Source: Phycisphaerae bacterium
Lineage (GTDB): Bacteria; Planctomycetota; Phycisphaerae; JAAYCJ01
Assembly (NCBI GenBank): GCA_012514125.1
Contig: JAAZAW010000235.1
Coordinates: forward strand, 1-34,554
Reading direction: 5' to 3'
Length of the DNA stretch: 34,554 nucleotides
The notes below the pieces were generated by a model. The model did not search any database and was not told where the DNA came from. It was given only the letters and a program-made list of their open reading frames with translations. Both the position numbers and the translations under genes were made by a program. The stretch's first letter is position 1, and every line of letters begins with the position of its first letter. This document shows, one piece after another, positions 26,299 through 34,554 of the stretch.

Positions 26299-28878
26299 CT
26301 ATTTCTGATGCGTAGCGGGGGTTTTTGGTGGGTTGGGACGGGTGAAATATTTGAAGAATTCGAACCAGACGATGCTTGCCGCGCCGCAGATGAGACAGAT
26401 CAGGAGGTCGGTCGAATGGAGCGGTGCAAAGTGGAACATATTCTGGAGCGGGGGGAGGTAGAGGACGAGCGTGAGGAAGAGAGTTGCGCCGCTGAGGATC
26501 AGCCAGAGGGCTTGATTTCTTTTTTTCAGCAGGGCGGGGATTGTTTGAATCCAGGAGCGGTTGGTCAGGATCAGCCCGATGTTGGCGACGATCAGGGTTG
26601 TAAAGGCGAGGGTTCGCGCATTGTTGTTTTCGGCAGAGGAGTCCTGAGAACCCGCGATGAGGTAGACGGCGAGGGTGAAGATTAAAACGCTGAGTCCCTG
26701 CAAGATGCTCAGGGTGAGAGTTTTTTTGCTGAGGAGGGGATTTTTTAAGTTTCGCGGCGGACGTTTCATGATATCGGCTTCGCCGGATTCGGCTTCGAAG
26801 ACGATGGAACAGGCGGGATCGATGATCAGTTCGAGGAAGACGATATGGACGGGTAAAAGGATCAGAGGCCATTTGAACAGGACGGGCAGGAGGGACAAAC
26901 CGGCGATAGGGACATGGACGGCAAAGATGTAGGCCATTGCTTTTTTGAGGTTGTCGAAGATTCGACGTCCCATTTTGACGGCATCGACGATGGAGGAAAA
27001 GTCGTCGTCGACGAGGACCAGGTCGGAGGCTTCACGAGCGACGTCTGTTCCGCGTCCGCCCATGGCGATGCCGATATTGGCGGCTTTGAGAGCGGGTGCG
27101 TCGTTGACACCGTCGCCGGTCATGGCGACGGTTTCGCCATTGGCTTTTAGTGCCTGGACGAGACGGAGTTTTTGTTCGGGGACGACTCTCGCGAAGATGT
27201 TGACGGTTTTGATTTGTTGTTGGAGGTCGTCGTCGGAGAGTTGATCAAGCTCGGGGCCTGTGAGTACCTGGTCCATGGGCGAGAGGCCTATTTGTTGGGC
27301 GATGTTTTTTGCGGTTCCGGGGTAGTCGCCTGTGATCATGATTACCCGGATGCCGGCGTCGTAACATTCGCGGATTGAATTGTCGACGCCGGGTCGGACG
27401 GGATCGGCGAAACCGATCAGGCCTATGAATTTGAAGACAAAGGCGTGCTGTTGGATCGGGAGATCAGTTTTGTGGAAGTTGGCGCGTGCGACGGCGAGGA
27501 TTCGGAGTCCGTCGTCAGCCATCTGCGCGACTTTTTTTGCGAGATCGGCCTGTTGGGAGTCGGAGAAGTGGCAGAGGTCTGCGACGGCTTCGGGTGCTCC
27601 TTTTGCGGCGATGGTATAATTTTGTTCATCGGGAGATTTCCAGACATGCGAGAGAGCCAGCAGGTTGTGCGAGAGCGGATATTCCTGGATGAGGGTCCAA
27701 TCGTCGTGGAGATGCTCGGTATTTGTCAGGTTTAATTTTCCGAGCCTTCGGAGGGCTTTTTCCATGGGGTCGAAAGGGTCTCGTTGGCTGGCGAGGATGC
27801 CGAATTCGACGAGTTCGTGAAATTTTTCGGGAAGTCCGTCCCGGCGATGATGTTTAACATCGTAAAATTCGCCGTCGGTGTAAATTTGACTGACGGACAT
27901 CATGTTGAGGGTCAGCGTTCCTGTTTTATCGACGCAGAGGACGGAGGCGGATCCGAGGGTTTCGACGGCGGGGACTTTCCGTGTGAGGACATGTTTTTTT
28001 GAGATTCGCCAGGCTCCGAGGGCGAGGAAGATGGTCATAACGACGGGAAATTCTTCGGGCATCATGGCCATGGCGAGGGTAAGTCCGGCGAGAAAGCCCG
28101 TGGGCCAGTCCTGATTTGTCAGGCCATAGACGATGACGACGATGGTGCAGAGGATTAATCCGACGATGGTGAGATTGCGAACGATTTTGCCTGTTTCTTT
28201 TTTTAAGGCGGTGGGGGCGGTATCGATGGATTGCAGCGCTTTCCCGATTTTGCCCATTTCGGTAAAAATGCCGGTTTTGAGGACTCGCGCGATGCCCTGG
28301 CCACTGACGACGAGGGTTCCGGAATAGATAAAGGGCAAGTTGTCGCCGCCTGGTGGTGTTAATTCCATTTTCTGGTCCCAGGCGATTTTTCGGACGGGGG
28401 CGGATTCACCGGTGAGGAGGGATTCATCGGTTTCAAAATTTGAGCAGTTTTCGAGGACCGCATCGGCGGGGACGCGATCTCCTTCGACGAGTACAAGATA
28501 GTCGCCGCGAACCACATCGCGTCCGGCGATTCGTTTTTCTTCACCGTCGCGAATGACCAGGGCACGCGGGCTTGAAAGGTCTCTCAAGGCTTCAAGGGCG
28601 CGTTCGGTTTTTCGTTCCTGGTAAAGAGTGATTCCCATGACGACAAAGACGAAACTCAGGAGCATGAGGGCGTCCTGGAGTTCGCCTAATCCGAGATAGA
28701 TTCCGCCACAGGCTACGAGGAGAAGGAACATCGGCTCACGGACCACGTCGAGTGCAATGGCAAGGAAGCTACGCTGTTTTGAAGAAGGCAATTCGTTGTA
28801 TCCTTCGGTTGCAAGCCTGGTGTCGGCTTCCTGTCGGGTCAAGCCTTTGAATGCACTGATGTCCCATTTTCTTGTCAT
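26299..28878 (-). CDS. Cation-translocating P-type ATPase (P2-like)
   Basis: DESLLTGES, PEEFP, DKTGTLT, KGAPE, MITGD, MTGDGVNDAPAL. Confidence 0.95.
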   Translation of the reverse strand: MTRKWDISAFKGLTRQEADTRLATEGYNELPSSKQRSFLAIALDVVREPMFLLLVACGGIYLGLGELQDALMLLSFVFVVMGITLYQERKTERALEALRDLSSPRALVIRDGEEKRIAGRDVVRGDYLVLVEGDRVPADAVLENCSNFETDESLLTGESAPVRKIAWDQKMELTPPGGDNLPFIYSGTLVVSGQGIARVLKTGIFTEMGKIGKALQSIDTAPTALKKETGKIVRNLTIVGLILCTIVVIVYGLTNQDWPTGFLAGLTLAMAMMPEEFPVVMTIFLALGAWRISKKHVLTRKVPAVETLGSASVLCVDKTGTLTLNMMSVSQIYTDGEFYDVKHHRRDGLPEKFHELVEFGILASQRDPFDPMEKALRRLGKLNLTNTEHLHDDWTLIQEYPLSHNLLALSHVWKSPDEQNYTIAAKGAPEAVADLCHFSDSQQADLAKKVAQMADDGLRILAVARANFHKTDLPIQQHAFVFKFIGLIGFADPVRPGVDNSIRECYDAGIRVIMITGDYPGTAKNIAQQIGLSPMDQVLTGPELDQLSDDDLQQQIKTVNIFARVVPEQKLRLVQALKANGETVAMTGDGVNDAPALKAANIGIAMGGRGTDVAREASDLVLVDDDFSSIVDAVKMGRRIFDNLKKAMAYIFAVHVPIAGLSLLPVLFKWPLILLPVHIVFLELIIDPACSIVFEAESGEADIMKRPPRNLKNPLLSKKTLTLSILQGLSVLIFTLAVYLIAGSQDSSAENNNARTLAFTTLIVANIGLILTNRSWIQTIPALLKKRNQALWLILSGATLFLTLVLYLPPLQNMFHFAPLHSTDLLICLICGAASIVWFEFFKYFTRPNPPKTPATHQK

Positions 28879-28898
28879 TGCGAGCCTTTTCGAATATT

Positions 28899-28988
28899 GT
28901 TGGAAGTACGAGAAGATGGATTCCCGCCATCGTGGGAATGACAGAGTATTTGGTGGATTTTACTTCCAACTTTTAATTTTTAACTTCC
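28899..28988. repeat. Family B hairpin (28917-28942) nested in an inverted pair of AACTTCC-family heptamer units
   Basis: gttggaagta (28899-908), tggattcccgccatcgtgggaatgac, tacttccaac (28961-70) plus further degenerate heptamers. Confidence 0.8.
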
Positions 28989-29010
28989 GATGGATAACTT
29001 TTCCATAAAA

Positions 29011-30333
29011 TTATTTTTCCGAACTTGCCAGGAGTTGTGGTTCAGGCTCGATATTGGGGGAGAGGGGAGTGTTTTCTTCCGGGGCGGGCCGGCGTGATTG
29101 GCGGACGATTTCGATCAGGGCAGGGACTTTTAATGAGAAAAGGATCGCTCCGAAGATGCAGCAAAAGCCGCTGAACAGGAACGTATTTGGGGCGCCGATT
29201 TGTTTGGCCAGTATACCTCCGACGAGACTTCCGAGGGGGGCAGCTCCCATGAAGGCCATGGTATAGAAGCTCATTACGCGGCCTCGTTTGTCATCGTCCG
29301 CGATGGTTTGAAGGACGGTATTGCTTGCGGCTGAGGTGACCATCATTCCGAAGCCTACGAGCACCATCAGGATGAGGGATAGCCATAGGATGTTGGAAAA
29401 GGCGAAAGCCATGATTCCGACGCCGAAGATTGTGCAGGCACTGCCGATGATTTTGCCGAGACCTTGAGCATTGGGTCTGGCGGCGAGGAAGACGGCGCCG
29501 AAAAAGGCACCGAGTCCTGAGGCTCCGACGAGAAAGCCATAGGTGTGCGAATCGCCGTGAAGATGGATTTTTGCAAATACGGGCAACAGCACGGTGAATG
29601 GGACGAAGCTGAACAGGCAGATCAGGAGAAGGACCGAACGGATAGGGGCGAAACCGGCTGCGTATTTTAATCCTTCTTTAAATCCATCGAATGGGTGTTG
29701 GTGTTGTATGGTTACCAGGGGTTTGGTGTGATTGAGTTTCATTGCGGCGAGAGCGAGAAGAATGGCGATATAGCTTAACCCGTTGAACCAGAAGCATATT
29801 CCTTCGCCATATCGGGCGATAAGGATTCCGGCGATCGTTGGGCCGATGAGACGCGCGCCGTTGAAGACGGAGGAGTTGAGGGCGATGGCATTGCCCAGAT
29901 CGTCGCGATTTTCGACCATCTCCAAGACGAAGGAATGCCGGATTGGGATATCAAAGCCGTTGATTATGCCCTGGATGGCGGTTAGCGTTATGATTCCGGG
30001 GAGGGTCAAGGTTCCGGTGGAATACATGATCGCCAGAGTCAGCGCCTGGCACATAGCCAGCAATTGTGTGGTGAAGAGGAGTCGATGTCGATTCCAGCGG
30101 TCGGCGAGCACACCGCCTGTCGGGGCGCCCAGGAAGGCGGGGATTTGGCCTGCGAAGCTGACGACGCCCAGAACCACTTCAGACCCTGTCATTTCATAGG
30201 CGAGCCAACCCATGGCGATGGATTGCATCCATGTTCCGATCTGGGAAAAGATCTGCCCCATGAAGAATAAACGGAAATTTCTATATTTCAAGGCCCGGAC
30301 CAGGGTTGGCCAGCCCGTTGACTTCTCATTCAT
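29011..30333 (-). CDS. MFS transporter (DUF894/MFS_3, H+ antiporter-like)
   Basis: RALKYRNFRLFF.GQ..S..GTWMQ, GGVLADRWNR, NAIALNS..FN.ARLIGP, RGRVMS; about 12 hydrophobic segments. Alternative start at 30369. Confidence 0.92.
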   Translation of the reverse strand: MNEKSTGWPTLVRALKYRNFRLFFMGQIFSQIGTWMQSIAMGWLAYEMTGSEVVLGVVSFAGQIPAFLGAPTGGVLADRWNRHRLLFTTQLLAMCQALTLAIMYSTGTLTLPGIITLTAIQGIINGFDIPIRHSFVLEMVENRDDLGNAIALNSSVFNGARLIGPTIAGILIARYGEGICFWFNGLSYIAILLALAAMKLNHTKPLVTIQHQHPFDGFKEGLKYAAGFAPIRSVLLLICLFSFVPFTVLLPVFAKIHLHGDSHTYGFLVGASGLGAFFGAVFLAARPNAQGLGKIIGSACTIFGVGIMAFAFSNILWLSLILMVLVGFGMMVTSAASNTVLQTIADDDKRGRVMSFYTMAFMGAAPLGSLVGGILAKQIGAPNTFLFSGFCCIFGAILFSLKVPALIEIVRQSRRPAPEENTPLSPNIEPEPQLLASSEK

Positions 30334-30566
30334 GTTTATTTGTGATTTATAAAAGTAAAATAGTCGCATGGGTAATTTTCAACAACCTTTAGTAAAAATG
30401 GCGTAAAAACACCCATTCAAAGATTAATCATATCATCGCTGGGCCGGGTTTGTGAAGTCTGTTTGTTTTTAATGATGAATTTGATGATTATTTTACGAGA
30501 AGCATCTCTGGAAGGTTGGTATAAAGTCTTGTGAAATTCCGTTTTTGTTCATAAAATTCAAGTTCT

Positions 30567-33500
30567 ATGGAAGCACCAGAGAAGAAGAAAAAACAGTTGA
30601 TGCAAGATCGACCGAAAGGATGTCGCACGAGACGCATTCGGAATATTGTATTGATTGCGCTGGGGGGGCTATTTTTGTTGTTGGCGGCGGGGCCTTATAT
30701 TATTCCGCGAGAGTATCTTCGGAAAAAGATCGCCGGACATCTTTCGGAGAAGACTCAGTCGGCGGTGAGGGTTGATCGGGCGTCGATAGGATGGTTTTCG
30801 GGGCTTAGACTTTGGGGACTTGAACTGGAGAATAACGAGACGCAGGCGTGTGTGTCGATTTCGCGGATGAAGATTCCGATTGAGCCGGTGAAATTGCTTT
30901 TTGGGGGAGCGGCGAGTTTTGTTCGGCTTGAAGGGGTGAAGGTTGAGCTTGTTGAGCGAGCACAATCGCCGGAGTTAAAGCTGACGGAATTTTGTCCGTC
31001 GGGGTTGCCGGTGCAGCGAGTTCAGCTTTCGGATTTGCAGATCGATTTTATGTGGCGGGATGGATTCAGGCAGGAGATGATGGTACCCTGGCTGGAGTTT
31101 ATTTTTGATCTGTCGAATCAGACGGTGCAATATGATGCCCAGGCGAAATTGCAGGCGAGGCGTGAGGCAGGATCGTCGGCGGAGTATGTGGGACGTTTGA
31201 CGACTCATGGGAATTTTGAATTCGTGCGGCAGGAGGGTCAGCAATGTCTGGCGGGGACACTGAACGTCGACTGGCAGGACCTGGATCTTTCGATTCTTCG
31301 CCTTGAACGGATCGAGCGATTCGATATCGCAAAGTTTGCAGGGAAGTCAGGGGGGAACCTTACTCTGGAGATATTTCCGGATTTTCATTTTCGGTGGAAT
31401 TCACGGACGCGGTTTGATGATTTGATTGTCAGGCGTGGAGAGGTTTCGACGCCGGGGAAGATCGATCGGCTTACGGTGATCAGTAAGGGGGAATTTGACC
31501 CGGTGACGGGGAAATTGACGCTTGGACGTCTGGATGTGAGCAGTTCGCCTTTAGAGATTTCGAGTACGATGACGGGACGGTTGGACCAGAACGATTTCGA
31601 TCTTGCGACACTTGATCTGGACGGCAGGCTCGATATGGCGATGGTGGCCGCTTTAGCGCCCGGACTGGCCAGGTCGCTGGGCGAGGAGGGCAGGATCGAT
31701 GGACCTTGTTATTTTGATTTTTCGTGGAAGGATGAACCTGCGGGGTATCAGATCGAGGTACACGTGAATGCGGACGGTGTTTTTCTGGATCGGCCGGGAA
31801 CGATTTTGAAAAGGGCGGACGATGCGTTGAATGGGTCGATTTCGATTCATACCGATCAGGCGACGTGGCCTTGGGTGGTGGTTGACCGTGTTGATTTCAA
31901 GGTGGGTCAGACCGAATTGCATGGCTGGGGACGATTGCCGCCGATTCGGAGCGGCGATGATCCTGATGTGTGGTTGGATGAGGTTCGGCGATTGGCGGAG
32001 TTTGAGGTGACGGTGAATTGTCCGGAGTTGCTTTGGTTTTCGCCGAGAGTGCCTGCGATGGGAGATGTATTGACGTGGGCGAATCTTTCCGGGCCTGTCG
32101 GGATACGTTTGGGATATACGGGGCAGGAAGATGTCGGGCGGATGGATATGGATGTGGAACTCAATGAGAGCGGCACGCTGGGATTGGGTGATATTTTTGT
32201 CAAGCCCGAAGACGAGAAAATCGATCTGCGGTTTCAAGGTTTTTTGCCGTGGCATACTCGTGAGCCTCAGGTGTGGATTTATGCGTTCGGCAAGTGCGGC
32301 GAGGCGGAAATAATGACGGATCAGCGACCGCTGAAGATAATCTGGGCGTTTACGCAAACGCCTGATAAGAAACCTGCGATCGATCTTTTCGGTGATGTGT
32401 CCATTGAGGTTCATGGGCTGGGTTCGATGCTGGCTTATTCGCCGCGGTTGAAGCGGGATCGACCGGCAGAGCATGTGGGGGGAGCGTTTGAGTTTGAATT
32501 GGGTCATGTATTGCGGGCGACGCTTGAAGATGGGCGCTGGACGATGCAAAACGCGCGGGTTCATTTTGAGCTTGAGGCGGATAAGGTATGGGTTGATCTG
32601 CCGGAGAAATTTATGAAGCCCGCGGATGTGCCGATGTCGGTGAGGGTGGATTATACGTATACGAACCGGATGAAACAACACGAGTTTCAGGGCGAGGCGC
32701 GGTGGTGTTCGACTCAGGCGGAGTTTGAGATTCTTCGGATCGACGCGAAGGACAACCGCATCGAAGGCAGGGGTGAGATTCGTGTGGAAGGGCTTAAAAA
32801 TACGCTGAATTCGATGCCGGTGCTTTCGAAAATGATCGATAAGGTCGGAGTTGTCGATGGCGGATTGACGATGGGTTTACAATGGTCGAGCGATGTGCAG
32901 AAGGACAAGATCGACTGGTCGATTGATGCGACTGCGACGAGGGTGGAGATGGATGGCGAGCATGTCAAGTCTGAAACGATGCCTGCGACGATGGAGGGGC
33001 AGTTGATTTTGCCTGCTTCGCCTGATGAAACGCCCCGGACGTATATTATTTCCAAATTGCGGTCTCAACTGGGACAAAGTTATGTAAATCTGGAGCATGG
33101 TTCGATTCTTCTCAGGGGCGGTGAGAGGGACGGTTGGGGCAGGATGTTCGGTGTCGAGCCCTGGATGCTTCGGCACAGTGGTCCGTTTCAATCGTTTTCA
33201 TTCAGCTTGTCGGGTCATTTGGATGCGCAGAGCCGGTGGCTTAGGGTTAATCGAAAAGTTCGGGAAGTGCTTGATGAGTATGGTTTACGGGGTGGGGCGG
33301 ATTTCAATCTGGAGGCGGGTTTTAAAGATTCGCTTTTACAAACGACTTTTAGTGCCCGGCTGGAGGAGATGGCGTTTGAATACGACGATATATTGACTAA
33401 AAGAAAAGGTGTGCCCGGTTCACTTGAGATGTCGGTATTTGTTTGGCCTGACGCAGAAGACATCGACGTTTGTCATGTTCAACTTGCTTATGCGAAATTT

Positions 33501-34554
33501 CGTCTGAGTGAATTCTATGCAACCGGCCGTGGGGGAGGGACACTTGGATGGTCGTCGGATAAAGATATTTTACTGAACGACGCTCTGGCTCAGATCAATG
33601 TACGAATTACGGATATTTCGCAGCTTGGTGAACTTTCTTCGCTTGTTCGGGAGTATGAGGCAGGGGGGCGGATTAATGTCGATATGGGGTTTCTCAGGCG
33701 GGACGGGCGTAATTCTCTGACGGGTTCATCTGCTTATTTCAGCAACGTCAATGCGATGGTGTCCGGTCAGCCTGTGATGGTGGATGGACGGATATATTTC
33801 TCGGAGGATTATTTCAATTCGGACAGGTTTTTATTTTCTGCGGGCTTTTCATCGTTTAAGGCCGGGTGGGATACGGTGATTATTGACGATAAGATCACCG
33901 GAATTGCGGATATCGAGAGCGACTATTTTGATACGGATCAGGTACAGCAGATGTTTGTTTCGGCAGTCAAAGCCCGTCGGGGCGCGGTGGCTTCTGCGAT
34001 TCAGCCGACGCCGTTACCTCAAGATAAGCCGATGGATTTGGCGTATCAGTTGGGGCAGGAAGATTTGATGAGGAAATTTCAACCCCTGCGACAAAAGTTG
34101 ATTCATTCGAGTGTGCTAGTGGGCCTGAAGGCGAAAAAGCTTCACATGACCGATCCGCGAACGGGTGATCGTCATGACTTGAGTGATTTTCGATCGCAGA
34201 TCAATGTTGAAGATAACAGGACCTACAATCGTCCTACGGGCGGACTGAGATTCTGGAGCAGAATTTCCGATGGTTTGATCAGCGGGAATTTTGTCGCGAT
34301 GCTGGATGAAGAAAATCCGACGGTGATTCTTGACAGCAGTATCGACAATATTCGCATGGTGGAAGAGTTTCGGCCTATGGTAGAGAATTTTTTCCCGGGT
34401 TTGCGTGTCGAAAGCCGACTTTCGATTACGGAGAGTTCTCAACAGAAACTTTTCACTACCCGTCAGAGCGCACCGAATTATCCGGTTGGCGAAGGAAACA
34501 TGATTTTCGTGGATGGTTTCATGATCGGAAGGGCCGGTCCCGACTGGATCACGC
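30567..34554 (+). CDS. Large AsmA/TamB-like envelope protein (>1329 aa), truncated at the window end and absent from the ORF track
   Basis: Translated by hand at both ends: MEAPEKKKKQ...RIRNIVLIALGGLFLLLAAGPYIIPREYLRKKIAGHLSEKTQSAVRVDRASIGWFSGLRLWGLEL, and the same frame is open at the end (MIFVDGFMIGRAGPDWIT). Single N-terminal TM followed by beta-strand-like sequence. Confidence 0.75.
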   Translation, partial: MEAPEKKKKQLMQDRPKGCRTRRIRNIVLIALGGLFLLLAAGPYIIPREYLRKKIAGHLSEKTQSAVRVDRASIGWFSGLRLWGLELENNETQACVSISRMKIPIEPVKLLFGGAASFVRLEGVKVELVERAQSPELKLTEFCPSGLPVQRVQLSDLQIDFMWRDGFRQEMMVPWLEFIFDLSNQTVQYDAQAKLQARREAGSSAEYVGRLTTHGNFEFVRQEGQQCLAGTLNVDWQDLDLSILRLERIERFDIAKFAGKSGGNLTLEIFPDFHFRWNSRTRFDDLIVRRGEVSTPGKIDRLTVISKGEFDPVTGKLTLGRLDVSSSPLEISSTMTGRLDQNDFDLATLDLDGRLDMAMVAALAPGLARSLGEEGRIDGPCYFDFSWKDEPAGYQIEVHVNADGVFLDRPGTILKRADDALNGSISIHTDQATWPWVVVDRVDFKVGQTELHGWGRLPPIRSGDDPDVWLDEVRRLAEFEVTVNCPELLWFSPRVPAMGDVLTWANLSGPVGIRLGYTGQEDVGRMDMDVELNESGTLGLGDIFVKPEDEKIDLRFQGFLPWHTREPQVWIYAFGKCGEAEIMTDQRPLKIIWAFTQTPDKKPAIDLFGDVSIEVHGLGSMLAYSPRLKRDRPAEHVGGAFEFELGHVLRATLEDGRWTMQNARVHFELEADKVWVDLPEKFMKPADVPMSVRVDYTYTNRMKQHEFQGEARWCSTQAEFEILRIDAKDNRIEGRGEIRVEGLKNTLNSMPVLSKMIDKVGVVDGGLTMGLQWSSDVQKDKIDWSIDATATRVEMDGEHVKSETMPATMEGQLILPASPDETPRTYIISKLRSQLGQSYVNLEHGSILLRGGERDGWGRMFGVEPWMLRHSGPFQSFSFSLSGHLDAQSRWLRVNRKVREVLDEYGLRGGADFNLEAGFKDSLLQTTFSARLEEMAFEYDDILTKRKGVPGSLEMSVFVWPDAEDIDVCHVQLAYAKFRLSEFYATGRGGGTLGWSSDKDILLNDALAQINVRITDISQLGELSSLVREYEAGGRINVDMGFLRRDGRNSLTGSSAYFSNVNAMVSGQPVMVDGRIYFSEDYFNSDRFLFSAGFSSFKAGWDTVIIDDKITGIADIESDYFDTDQVQQMFVSAVKARRGAVASAIQPTPLPQDKPMDLAYQLGQEDLMRKFQPLRQKLIHSSVLVGLKAKKLHMTDPRTGDRHDLSDFRSQINVEDNRTYNRPTGGLRFWSRISDGLISGNFVAMLDEENPTVILDSSIDNIRMVEEFRPMVENFFPGLRVESRLSITESSQQKLFTTRQSAPNYPVGEGNMIFVDGFMIGRAGPDWIT

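Noticed and set aside
28879-29010. Possible yybP-ykoY (Mn2+) riboswitch upstream of the P-type ATPase
   Set aside because: No GGGGAGUA-type core on the minus strand; the gap is explained by repeat modules.
31653-32681. 342-aa minus-strand ORF
   Set aside because: Antisense shadow of the long AsmA-like frame.

Overview
A 34.5 kb chromosomal segment, probably from a Planctomycetota (Phycisphaerae-like) bacterium; this is inferred from the sigma-70 subtype, the GH10-like family and the type-2 PyrF. It holds 23 genes, mostly housekeeping or metabolic: RsbU-type phosphatase, DUF2007-like protein, atypical sigma-70, THUMP-like methyltransferase, stand-alone HerA ATPase, pyrF, murD, FemAB-like GNAT, FGGY kinase, fucose-isomerase-like protein, queA, uppP, pfp, a GH10-like protein lacking its catalytic glutamates, ComEA-like protein, nnrD, azoR, yyaL, pgl, zwf, P-type ATPase, MFS transporter and a >1329-aa AsmA-like ORF that runs off the right end and is missing from the ORF track. 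I recognised no tRNA, rRNA, CRISPR array, transposase or phage gene. The unusual signal is non-coding. (1) A recurrent composite element: a REP-like hairpin joined at fixed polarity to short 7-8 bp tandem arrays of differing sequence. (2) A strong, gene-orientation-independent switch from C/A-rich to G/T-rich + strand near 9.3-9.9 kb, mirrored by repeat orientation and by C>T/A>G decay of repeat copies. (3) A pair of 23-bp palindromes plus a terminator at that switch. All calls rest on motif reading by eye; no searches were run.
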